Shown: one piece after another, positions 8,644-18,000 of the stretch
Numbering within the stretch: position 1 is the first letter of the stretch
How the letters are laid out: each line of letters opens with the position of its first letter
Source of the DNA: Candidatus Zixiibacteriota bacterium
GTDB lineage: Bacteria > RBG-13-66-14 > B26-G2 > WVWN01
Length of the DNA: 35,784 nucleotides
NCBI GenBank assembly: GCA_050117845.1
Contig: JASFLY010000026.1
Coordinates: 1-35,784 of the forward strand
Reading direction: 5' to 3'
Notes under the pieces: model-generated
Databases searched by the model: none
What the model was told of the DNA's origin: nothing
Seen by the model: only the letters and a program-made list of their open reading frames with translations
Made by a program: the position numbers and the translations under genes

Positions 8644-9747
8644 ATGGAAGAGCGAAACGTTGCCCGAATCCAGGCCGAAACCTACCGCAACCGCGGCGTG
8701 TTCTACTTCGACTCCCGACAGTACGAGAAGGCCCTGGCCGAACACGAGAAGGCCATCCAGGCCGACCCGACCTTCCTTCGGGCCTACGCCGCCAAGGCCA
8801 TCACGCTCCGGGCGCTGGACCGCAACGCCGACGCCATGGAGGTCGCCGAGGAGATAATCCGGCGCGACCCGAGCTACGCCTTCGGTTACGTCGCCCGGGC
8901 CTCCGCGCTGGCCGCGTTCGGCCGGCACGACGAGGTCGTCCGGGATTACGAGAAGGCCATAAGCCTCGCCCCCGACGACCCCATGCCCTACTTCAACTTC
9001 GCCTGCTACTGGGCCCTGCTCCACGACGAGGACAATACCCGGCGCAACCTCGAACTCGCCGTCGACGCCGACCCGCGCTACAACACCCGCGTCGCCACCG
9101 ACCCCGACTTCGAGCAGTACCGCGACCGGGAGTGGCTCCGGGACCTGGCGGCCTTCCGGGTGGAAAAAACCCCCGAGGTCGAAGACAGCGTGACGACGGA
9201 GAAGCTGTCGACGCGGGCCGACGCCCCCGCCCCCGACGCCAGCGTCCGCCTCCAGGCCGAGGGGTCGTTCCACCGGGGCGTGTACTGGTTCCGCCGCCAG
9301 CGCTACCAGGAAGCGCTCGCCGCCCACGACCAGGCCATCGAGATGGACCCGACCTTCCTCCGGGCTTACGTCGCGAAGTCCATCACCCTCCGCCACCTGG
9401 ACCGGCTGGACGAGGCGCTCGAGCTGGCGAACGAGATAGTGGCCCGCGACCCGTCTTACCCGCTGGGGTACCTGGCGCTCGCCGCCGGCCTGGAGCGCAA
9501 GGGCGACTGGGAGAACTCCCGCTTGGCCTACGAGAAGGGCCTGGAACTGGACCCCGGGGAGTCCATCCTGCATTACAACTACGCCTGCTACTGGGCCCAC
9601 CGGGGGGACGAGGAGCACGTGAAAGAGCGGCTGGCCAAGGCCATAGACCTGGACCCGCAGCTCAAGTCGTTCTCCGTGACGGACCCGGACCTCGCGGCCT
9701 ACCGCGAGAAGTCCTGGTTCCTGGACTTGACCTCCTTCACCGGGTAA
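8644..9747 (+). CDS. Tetratricopeptide-repeat protein made of two homologous halves
   Basis: Both halves carry RGV.YF...Y..ALA.H..AI..DPTFLRAY.AK.ITLR.LDR and YN(F/Y)ACYWA...TDPD. RBS AGGAG. Confidence 0.88.
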   Translation: MEERNVARIQAETYRNRGVFYFDSRQYEKALAEHEKAIQADPTFLRAYAAKAITLRALDRNADAMEVAEEIIRRDPSYAFGYVARASALAAFGRHDEVVRDYEKAISLAPDDPMPYFNFACYWALLHDEDNTRRNLELAVDADPRYNTRVATDPDFEQYRDREWLRDLAAFRVEKTPEVEDSVTTEKLSTRADAPAPDASVRLQAEGSFHRGVYWFRRQRYQEALAAHDQAIEMDPTFLRAYVAKSITLRHLDRLDEALELANEIVARDPSYPLGYLALAAGLERKGDWENSRLAYEKGLELDPGESILHYNYACYWAHRGDEEHVKERLAKAIDLDPQLKSFSVTDPDLAAYREKSWFLDLTSFTG

Positions 9748-9780
9748 TCCGCTCGACCTCCCACGAATCGTAAATAACCG

Positions 9781-9803
9781 ACCCGCCCGCGAGGGCGGGT
9801 TTT
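9781..9803 (+). terminator. Intrinsic terminator after the TPR gene
   Basis: ACCCGCCC-GCGA-GGGCGGGT followed by TTT. A near-identical hairpin recurs at 10866-10889. Confidence 0.7.
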
Positions 9804-9842
9804 CCACGGGCAACCTGAACGGCCGTGTTACTTACTCCCTTC

Positions 9843-10029
9843 TTGACAAATAGCCGGCCTTATTGCAATATGTAACGGCGTTAACGCCGGGGCGACGAAT
9901 AGGAAAACGAGAAGGGTAATTGCAGCAAGAGAAACGAGGGAAGTGCGATGACGGAACGATTCGACGGACGTCGAGGATGGATACCCAGGTGGGCCTGTTG
10001 GGCCTTCCTGGGGATCGTTGTGCTGGCGG
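9843..10029 (+). repeat. Promoter + 5'UTR + signal-peptide module, copy 1
   Basis: TTGACA-17bp-CAATAT, TATTGCAATA palindrome, purine-rich leader, then ATG and coding sequence for MTERFDGRRGWIPRWACWAFLGIVVLA. Confidence 0.9.
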
Positions 10030-10802
10030 CAGCGGCGGTTAGTGCCGAAACGGAATACGATTACCCCCCCGAATTCGCCGACCTATTCGAGCAGTTCCGG
10101 GTAATCACGCCGGGAGAAGCGCAGCTTTACGTGGCGTTGGACGGGGACGATCCGTGGCATACGTTCGCCGGAGGTGTCGTTCTCGAGCCGGTACTCATCA
10201 AATGCGTTAACGGCGTACCTGGCTATTACTTGGTCCTAAGTTATCACGGCAAAGATAGTAACGTCCGGGGAGAGATGGAGAACGTAATAAATATCTTGAA
10301 CGACGACGCCGGCTTTGACCCGACGGAACTGGACGAGAGGATCAGCGCGCTCGAGCCGTACTGGGGCGATTTCCGTTATTACGGTATCCCGGCCTGGACG
10401 TACGACGGAGGCCCCGTTTATTCAAGGGCGTACGCCCCGGAGTTATTGGTCGATTTTCCCAAATACCTGGCTTCGTTGAGGGAGGAGGCCAACGCACGGG
10501 ATATCCCGCGCCTTTATATCCACGCCTCATTTACGGAAGTCACTCCCCCGATGTTCGCCCTGGGCGTCGAGGGGCAGGACGGTTATTTTATCGGGGACCC
10601 GGAAACCGGCTGCGTGCGGGAAACGAAGGGAACCGAATTGGCCGCGACGTTCCGAGAGCAGGCCGAGAGTATTAGTAATAAGGTATCGGAGGAACCCGAC
10701 GGCTTCACCGTTAAAGCCAGGCGGTGGGACCTGTTAATGGATCGTAAGGCCGAGGCGGAAAAGAAGGGCGAGTATTTAAAGGTCCGGGAGTACGAGGCCT
10801 AG
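9948..10802 (+). CDS. Secreted protein equivalent to the N-terminal (pro)domain of the 13216..15048 protease
   Basis: Collinear matches to 13216..15048: SAETEYDYPPEFADL, PWH, LEPVL.K..NG.P.YY, GFDP..L..RI, WGDF, PAW, YAP..L..F, G.Y.KVRE. The ORF stops there. Confidence 0.8.
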   Translation: MTERFDGRRGWIPRWACWAFLGIVVLAAAAVSAETEYDYPPEFADLFEQFRVITPGEAQLYVALDGDDPWHTFAGGVVLEPVLIKCVNGVPGYYLVLSYHGKDSNVRGEMENVINILNDDAGFDPTELDERISALEPYWGDFRYYGIPAWTYDGGPVYSRAYAPELLVDFPKYLASLREEANARDIPRLYIHASFTEVTPPMFALGVEGQDGYFIGDPETGCVRETKGTELAATFREQAESISNKVSEEPDGFTVKARRWDLLMDRKAEAEKKGEYLKVREYEA

Positions 10803-10865
10803 GCCGACGCGGGATTCGTACGGAAGGGGTAACGCCGGCCGGCCGCCGTATCGTCGATTAATATT

Positions 10866-10889
10866 ACCCGCCCGTAGGGGCGGGTTTTT
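10866..10889 (+). terminator. Intrinsic terminator after 9948..10802
   Basis: ACCCGCCC-GTAG-GGGCGGGT followed by TTTT. Confidence 0.7.
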
Positions 10890-10927
10890 CTTGGGTAACG
10901 TAACCGAACACGGCGGCTACTACCGCC

Positions 10928-11133
10928 TTGACAAACAGCCGACCTTATTGCAATATGTAACGGCGTTTGCGCCGGGGCGACGAATAGGAAATGAGAAGGG
11001 TAATTCCGGCAAGAGAAGCGAGGGAAGCGCGATGACCGAACGATTCGACGGACGTCGAGGATGGATACCCAGGTGGGCCTGTTGGGCCTTCCTGGGGATT
11101 GTTGTGTTGGCGGGGATACCGGCATGCGATGGG
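10928..11133 (+). repeat. Promoter + 5'UTR + signal-peptide module, copy 2
   Basis: TTGACA at 10928, TATTGCAATA at 10946, ATG at 11032. Near-identical to copy 3 through the ...PACDG codons. Confidence 0.9.
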
Positions 11134-12045
11134 ACCACGGAACCGGAACCCGTGGAGAGCGGCTATTTATACGTAGCCGGGTATCTTGAAGCGTGCTTCG
11201 GGATGGACCGGTTTTTAGCGCAAACGGGAGAAGAAAGGACCGTTTTTCCCGATACTCAGACGTTTATATCCGCCGATATCGAACCGAATACCGGCGATAT
11301 TTTCGGCTACACTTGGAATTTCCTGTATCGGTATTCCGCAGAGGGCGAGGAGAAGTTTAAGGTCCAGGTGTGGACCGAACGGTACGAGGGCCGGGAGTAC
11401 ATCGCCTATAATAAAGTAACGGGACTTATATACTTCTTAAACGGCAAGGGATGGTTATACCGTTTCCGCTCCGGCAACGGCGAGGAGGTGAGTTACCTCC
11501 GCGCCACCGGGATGAAAGACGCGGAACAACTTCTCATAGACGAGGACGATAATACCCTTTGGATCGTAAGCCGGTTCGGGGCGGAACTCGGGAAGTACGA
11601 CGAAGCCGGCGACAACCTTTTCGTATTGACGGCCGGTCCTTATTCGGGAGTCCGTGTCGAACCGGAATTCAACACCGTAATCGTCGGCGTGATAAGGAAC
11701 GGCTCGAACTACCTGTGCCGGTATACCAAGAACGGTGGTAAGGTTAAAGAAATCCCGACGGGCATCGAGCCGAAGTACCTCGGCGTCGAGCCGGCCAGCG
11801 GCGTAATATGGGTATCCGACGGCGACGCTATCGAACGGTACGCCGCGGACGGCGCGAAACTCGACGGCATCTCGACGGCCGGTTTCGAGTATATCGCCTT
11901 CGCGCCGGGCGGAGCCACGGCGTTCATGGGAAGCCCCGACGGGTATATAACGGCGCTCAACACCCGCAACCTTAACGACGTTTGGCGAGAACAACGTTAC
12001 GGGACTACGAACGACATACATTTATTCAAGTACAACAAGAAGTAA
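11032..12045 (+). CDS. Probable lipoprotein with beta-propeller fold
   Basis: Shared leader ending LAGIPA-C-DG (non-canonical lipobox), followed by repeated short beta-strand blades. Paralog of 12178..13197. ATG at 11032 inferred from the repeated module. Confidence 0.72.
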   Translation: MTERFDGRRGWIPRWACWAFLGIVVLAGIPACDGTTEPEPVESGYLYVAGYLEACFGMDRFLAQTGEERTVFPDTQTFISADIEPNTGDIFGYTWNFLYRYSAEGEEKFKVQVWTERYEGREYIAYNKVTGLIYFLNGKGWLYRFRSGNGEEVSYLRATGMKDAEQLLIDEDDNTLWIVSRFGAELGKYDEAGDNLFVLTAGPYSGVRVEPEFNTVIVGVIRNGSNYLCRYTKNGGKVKEIPTGIEPKYLGVEPASGVIWVSDGDAIERYAADGAKLDGISTAGFEYIAFAPGGATAFMGSPDGYITALNTRNLNDVWREQRYGTTNDIHLFKYNKK

Positions 12046-12074
12046 TTATTAGGGGAAATCAAAACTTTTCCACC

Positions 12075-12279
12075 TTGACAACTACCCGAACCTATTGCAA
12101 TATGTAACGGCGTTTGCGCCGGGGCGACAGATAAAAACGAGAAGGGTAATTCCGGCAAGAGAAGCGAGGGAAGCGCGATGACCGAACGATTCGACGGACG
12201 TCGAGGATGGATACCCAGGTGGGCCTGTTGGGCCTTCCTGGGGATTGTTGTGTTGGCGGGGATGCCGGCCTGCGACGGG
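12075..12279 (+). repeat. Promoter + 5'UTR + signal-peptide module, copy 3
   Basis: TTGACA at 12075, TATTGCAATA at 12093, ATG at 12178. Confidence 0.9.
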
Positions 12280-13197
12280 GAGGACGAAGAGGGCGGCACG
12301 ACTATCCCGCCGGGGTTCGTTTACGTTATTAATTACGATTCGGACCTCCCGACTATACGCAAGTTCACCGCCGATACGCACGAACGCATTTTAGCATATA
12401 CGCCCAACGGCCTTTGCATCGCCGCGGCTCTTGACTCGGACAACGGCGACTTGTACGTGCATTCTTGGGGTTCGCTTCGCCGGTACGATAAGGACGGAAA
12501 CGAGATTTACCTTGTAATGGCTGAAACCGCTCGGTATACGGGCCGGGAATACCTCGGTTTCAATAACGAGACGGGGCAGGTTTATTTCCTTAACGGAGAA
12601 GGTATATGCCATCGTTTCCGGGGAAGCGACGGCGAGCGTATCGGGATTTTTAATACAGGCCTCGAGGACCCGGAAGGGATAGTAATCGACGAAGTCGAGA
12701 ACACGGAATGGGTTCTGGGGAACGGCGGCGCAGTAGCGCAAAAGTACACCGACGATGGGTATAACCTATTGGTCGAACTCACCGCAGGGCCTTATACGAA
12801 AATCGTCGTTGACGATAGTACCGATACGATACTAATGGGCGTTTCCAGAGCGGCACGGGACTTCGTCGTAAGGTACTCGAAGGCTGGCGTCAAACAACAG
12901 GAGATAGAGACGACCATCGTCCCGACCGCCCTCGCCGTAGAGCCCGGTAGCGGCCGGATTTGGGTTTCCGACGGCGGCGTGGTCGAACGGTACAAACCCG
13001 ACGGTACGAAAATAGAAGGCGTAAACTCGATGGGATTCCAACATATCGATTTCACCGAGGACGGCGCCGTAGCGTTTGCCATCGATCCTGATGGTTTCTT
13101 CTACGCCATTGACGTCCGGACTATAGGTATTTTTTGGCGTATACAACAAACCCACCCGGGCCATAATATCCACTTCGTAAAATATACGAAGTACTAA
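12178..13197 (+). CDS. Probable lipoprotein with beta-propeller fold, paralog of 11032..12045
   Basis: Leader ending LAGMPA-C-DG. Shares T.RY.GREY, YFLNG.G, LTAGPY, VEP.SG.IWVSDG...ERY..DG.K and IH..KY.K with its neighbour. Confidence 0.75.
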   Translation: MTERFDGRRGWIPRWACWAFLGIVVLAGMPACDGEDEEGGTTIPPGFVYVINYDSDLPTIRKFTADTHERILAYTPNGLCIAAALDSDNGDLYVHSWGSLRRYDKDGNEIYLVMAETARYTGREYLGFNNETGQVYFLNGEGICHRFRGSDGERIGIFNTGLEDPEGIVIDEVENTEWVLGNGGAVAQKYTDDGYNLLVELTAGPYTKIVVDDSTDTILMGVSRAARDFVVRYSKAGVKQQEIETTIVPTALAVEPGSGRIWVSDGGVVERYKPDGTKIEGVNSMGFQHIDFTEDGAVAFAIDPDGFFYAIDVRTIGIFWRIQQTHPGHNIHFVKYTKY

Positions 13198-13215
13198 TAT
13201 CAAAGGAAAGAGGAG

Positions 13216-15048
13216 ATGAAAATGAGAAGGCTTATTTTTACCACGGTTTTGTGTGCAACGGCCGTGGCGGCTGTTAGCGCCGAAACGGAATACGACTACC
13301 CGCCGGAATTCGCCGACTTAGTGGCTGGATCCCGGCTTTTAACACCGGAGGAAGTCTTAATCGACGTAGCAGTACACGCTGACACTCCTTGGCACGAGTA
13401 CGCTGGCGCCTTACTGCTAGAGCCTGTACTTGTAAAATCATTTAACGGCACCCCCGCGTACTATATGATTATAGGTTACGTCGGCGACGATAAAACGGCC
13501 CGTGACGAAATGGAAAGTATTACAAAGTTACTAAATAACAAAGAAGGTTTCGACCCTTATGACCTCGCTAAACGGATAACGTCAATCGAATCGGCGTGGG
13601 GCGATTTCTATACTTTTTTTCGGCCTGCTTGGAACACAGGAATAGGTATCCGGATGTCGGTGAATTACGCCCCTAAAATCCTTATGAATTTTACCGATTT
13701 CTTAAACCAGGTCGAATCTTATGCCGAAATCACCAAGACCGGCGATTTTAAAATCTTAGCTTCCGATTTCCACGTAGGCAAGCCGGTATTGTACTATAGT
13801 GATTCGGAAGGCGGCCCGAGGTACTTCCTCGTCGAAATGATGACCGAGGTCAAACCGGTTGACGAAATGGAGTTGGATAGGAATTTCTCCGAGTGGGTTT
13901 CCCAGACGGAAGATTGGTTCGATAAAAGGCCGGAATACATCCCGGCGGAAATCGATTTCTGGAATGATATTTTAACCGACAAAAACGAAGTAGAGAAGGA
14001 AGGTAAATATTATAAGGTCCGGGAACGCGAAGAATACGAAGACGATGAAATCGACGATTGGGACGTTGAAAACGTTCCTGATTTTAACCAGAATGGAGCT
14101 CCACATGACCAGGGGTCACCCGATTGTTGGGCGTGGTCCATGGTTTCGAATCTCGTTTACTATTCCCAAAAAAGAGGTATGGTTTGGGAAAACTACAAAA
14201 ACCCGCAAGGTAAAAACGAGACGCCGGAGTTCGACACCGGGCAAAGTTGGGGATCAGACACGTGGCATTTCGCCGATTTCGTTTATTATCGCTTATACCT
14301 AGCAGCGACCTACGAGGGTTTGGGGGGGAAATACCAAAGCGGCGCAAAAGAGGATTGTACCGTTTTTTGCGCCGACGGTTGCACCGAACGCGAGGGGTGG
14401 AAGGGTCTAAATAACGAACCAAAATGGAAGTATTGGCTTGGTTCAGCATTGTATGGTTCTGAATATCACGACAACGATATCGAATGTACGCTAAGTAATT
14501 TATCTTATTCTGAGATACAAGGTAAGATAAACGGCAATAATCCGCTATCCACCCACTGGTTCGATTACCCCACGTACGGACAACACGCCGTACCTACGTG
14601 GGGATGGTACATGGACGGCGACCATAAAATGCTCAGTACATGGGACCTTCATCCCCCGGCTTACGTCGAAGTGCCATATGTCGAGCATCCTGAGACCAAC
14701 CCCGGGGGTGTACCGATTGCCGGGTTACACTGCAAACCGCCCCAAGGCGCCGGAACCGACCCGTGGGTGTGCGATTTCGAGATTAACAAGAAATGGGGGA
14801 GGGCGGAGTTAACTTGGGACGTTTCGACGAGTTGGGACGTGAAAGGATTTAATTTATACCGGGAAGATACCAGGGGGAATCTACACAGGCTTAACGACGA
14901 AATTATAAGGCACGATCGCGAAGATGAGTTCTCGTATAACTACACCGATGAGGATTTCGAAAAGGACCGGCCTTACGTACTGGAAGTCGTACGTTATACC
15001 CCCGACGACGTGAAGACCTTGATATATCAAAGGGAGTTAATACGATGA
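13216..15048 (+). CDS. Secreted papain-like cysteine protease (C39/C10-like) with N-terminal prodomain and C-terminal Ig/FN3-like domain
   Basis: Signal peptide. NVPDFNQ...DCWAWS gives the oxyanion Q and catalytic C, GQHAVPTWGW the His, and STWD the Asp. C-terminal AELTW...VKGFNLYR...RLNDEII...YNYTD pattern. Confidence 0.65.
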   Translation: MKMRRLIFTTVLCATAVAAVSAETEYDYPPEFADLVAGSRLLTPEEVLIDVAVHADTPWHEYAGALLLEPVLVKSFNGTPAYYMIIGYVGDDKTARDEMESITKLLNNKEGFDPYDLAKRITSIESAWGDFYTFFRPAWNTGIGIRMSVNYAPKILMNFTDFLNQVESYAEITKTGDFKILASDFHVGKPVLYYSDSEGGPRYFLVEMMTEVKPVDEMELDRNFSEWVSQTEDWFDKRPEYIPAEIDFWNDILTDKNEVEKEGKYYKVREREEYEDDEIDDWDVENVPDFNQNGAPHDQGSPDCWAWSMVSNLVYYSQKRGMVWENYKNPQGKNETPEFDTGQSWGSDTWHFADFVYYRLYLAATYEGLGGKYQSGAKEDCTVFCADGCTEREGWKGLNNEPKWKYWLGSALYGSEYHDNDIECTLSNLSYSEIQGKINGNNPLSTHWFDYPTYGQHAVPTWGWYMDGDHKMLSTWDLHPPAYVEVPYVEHPETNPGGVPIAGLHCKPPQGAGTDPWVCDFEINKKWGRAELTWDVSTSWDVKGFNLYREDTRGNLHRLNDEIIRHDREDEFSYNYTDEDFEKDRPYVLEVVRYTPDDVKTLIYQRELIR

Positions 15049-18000
15049 AGAAAAAAACCATACTAACTATAGCTTTAAATATTTTATTAGTCGCCGCGGT
15101 TAACGCTACTCCGGTGTATTTAATCCTCTACGTACCCCAAACGGATATGTTGGCGCAGGTGAACCGTCTAAAAGTTATTAAAGAGAGCGAAGGTTTTCAG
15201 GTGTTAACATCGTCGTCGTCGTGCGTTTATAACCAATACCCGGCGCTCGACCCTAAGGACGCCATTAAAGAGTATTTACTTAGTATATACGATAACCCAG
15301 CGTACGACTTGGAGTTCGTCTTATTAGTGAGTTCCCAAAGAACCGACTACCCTCGCTATTGGATTAACCTCCCCGGGGGTGGTATAGCAGGTTCGTATTT
15401 ATCAGACGATTGGTACGTCGACTTCGAAGGCGACGACCTTTTACCCGAAGTCGCCATCGGAAGGCTCCCGTTCGCCCATTCGGAGGAGCTGTATAACTAC
15501 GTTGATAAATTACTGGCATACGATGTGCATCGGGGCGAAGGTTGGTGTGATGACGTTATAATCAGTATTGATAACGTTAGCCATTTTAGCGTAGTTCCGG
15601 CTCCGGGAATGACCTGGGAGCAGTACTTCCAAATGTTATATGACACGTCCGATACTTTCTCGTCGTTTATAGAACCGCATTGTACCGTAGAAGAATTACG
15701 AAGAGCTCAACACCCTACCCCGTACGCTGCTTACCGTGCTTACATAGATTCCGGTGCCGCCCTCTCGGTCCATCTTGGTAGCGGTAGTAAAGACGGCATC
15801 GGGGGTTTTTGGAACGAGCTTAATTACGCGTTTTTAACTGCGGAGTACGGAGAATTAAATTCCGTCGAGGCGCTCGCGAATAACGATAAATACCCGTTTT
15901 TTTATTACCCGGTATGCTACGGCGGTAATTTACACGGCGTTTTCTTAAGATACCCCGATACGCCGACATTAGCGGAAAGGCTTAACTTCGTAGAAGAGAA
16001 AGGCGCTATTGGAGTGTTAGCCCCGGTCGGTTGGGCCTTGCTAACGCGCGACTTAAGGTTATTTACTCGGTTTTTCATTACCGAAATCCTAGACTACGGT
16101 ACGCCGGTTGGTGAAGCGTTAAAAGAAGCGAAAAAGCTATACTTCAATCAGAAACAATCGAACCCAGCTTACGTATTGAGTATGGAGTTGTATTGCGATC
16201 CGTCACTTAAACTCTGCCTCCCTTGCCGGGATTATTTCCCCCCTGTGGTTTCCGGGTTTCCTATTCTTCTGGATGAAAGCATCTGGGGTTTATCCGTGGC
16301 GAATATGTACCCTTCTATTAATCAAGGGGCTCCAGTCGAACACCCGCCGTATATAATCGGTTCGGGCGATTCCTTGGACATCGCTTTCCTTACGAGCGAC
16401 GTCGCGAAAGGGTATGACCACGCCGGGAAATGCAACTTCTCAGTTCCGGCCGCGCAACTCGGGTCTTCCGTCCCTTTAGTAGATATCGATAGCGACGGCC
16501 TTTTCGAATCGGTCGTTTGCGGCGACGACGGCGTGTTCATTTATGATAACGAAGGTAATATGCTGGATGGCTTCCCCGTTTTCTTTGTTAATCCCGTCGC
16601 CGAGGCCCCTGCCGTCGGCGACGTCAACGGCGATGGATACTTAGACGTCGTCGTCCTTACGGATAGTAAAGTCCACGTAATAGACCATACCGGCGCCGAA
16701 CTGAGCGGGTGGCCCGCTAACCTTCCGACGGACTTCTCGCCCGTCGGCGCCCCGGCCGTCGGCGACCTGGATAACGACGGTTTCCTGGAAATCGTCGTCG
16801 GCACGCGTAGTTTTTCGCCTAGTAACTCCAACGTATGCGTCTACGACAAAAACGGCAACGCCAAGGCCGGGTTCCCGTATACTCTTTATAACCAGGCTAT
16901 AACGCCCCCCGCGCTGGCCGACCTCACGGACGACGGGCCGGTGGAGATAGTCGTCGCTTCAACGCTGTATTCGGGCGGAACGTGGGATAACGCCGAATAT
17001 TACGTTTTCGACTCCGCCGGAAATAAAACCGTCGACGTGGCGTTGAACGGGTACAGTATCTACAAGACGCCGGCGGTCGGAGATTTCGTTACGTGGCCGG
17101 AGTGGCCGGGCAAGGAAGTCGTGCTCATCGGCTACGATAGTCCGTCTTTTTACATCCTGGCCAGGACCGCGACGACCGGCGCTTACCGCAATACCATCAG
17201 CATGGGGAATGAAATCCCTACTTCCGCGCTTACGATTGGCGACGTTAACTTCCTAGATACGAACGAGGTCGTTATCGGTTGTGAGGATAGGTTGATGGCC
17301 TACGACCTGGCCTGCGGCCTTGTGCCCTTCGGCGGCGACTGGGACGGTACGCTCAACGGCGCAGTATCCACGCCGATCGTTACGGACTTAAACGGCAATA
17401 CCCATTGCGATATAATCTGCGGCGACGGCGAAGCCCTGTACGCCTTCACGACTCATGCCATTTTTAATACGATCGGCACTTACGACTGGATTCGTGAAGG
17501 CCACGACAACATGAATACCGGCATCTGGGACATCCTGGCGCCCACGGGCGTCGTGGCCGAGGACGTCCCCGACGACCAGGGCCACAAGATAACGCTCGCC
17601 TGGACGCCCTCCGTGGACGACGGCGTCCGCTCGACGCGCGTAACCGGATACAAGATATACCGGGAGGCGGGAGAGGTGGGCCCACCGCCCGGCGGTGACG
17701 GCCTGGCCGGTGGAACGGCGTCGGCCGCCGCGCTCGCCGCGAAACGCTCCGAAGGCCGGCTCGCGGACGTCGCCGGCCCGGCCTCGCCGACGGACTCCGC
17801 GGGGGGCACCGACCTCGAGCAGGATAATTACCTGCTAATAGATACCGTGGCCGCGGGGACCTTCTACTACGAGGACGATAACCTGGATAACCTCCGCGAG
17901 TACCATTACTACATCGTCGCGACCGACGGCGTCCACAACTCCCAGCCGTCGGTAAACGTCTACGTCGTGCCCCGCGACAATATCGCGCCCGCTGCGCCGA

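Noticed and set aside
10891..11031. N-terminal extension of the 384-aa ORF
   Set aside because: It spans the repeated promoter/UTR; the equivalent ATG at 11032 matches the starts at 9948 and 12178.
9843..13320. Diversity-generating retroelement template/variable repeats
   Set aside because: Differences between copies are not adenine-specific, the repeats are at 5' ends, and there is no reverse transcriptase in the window.
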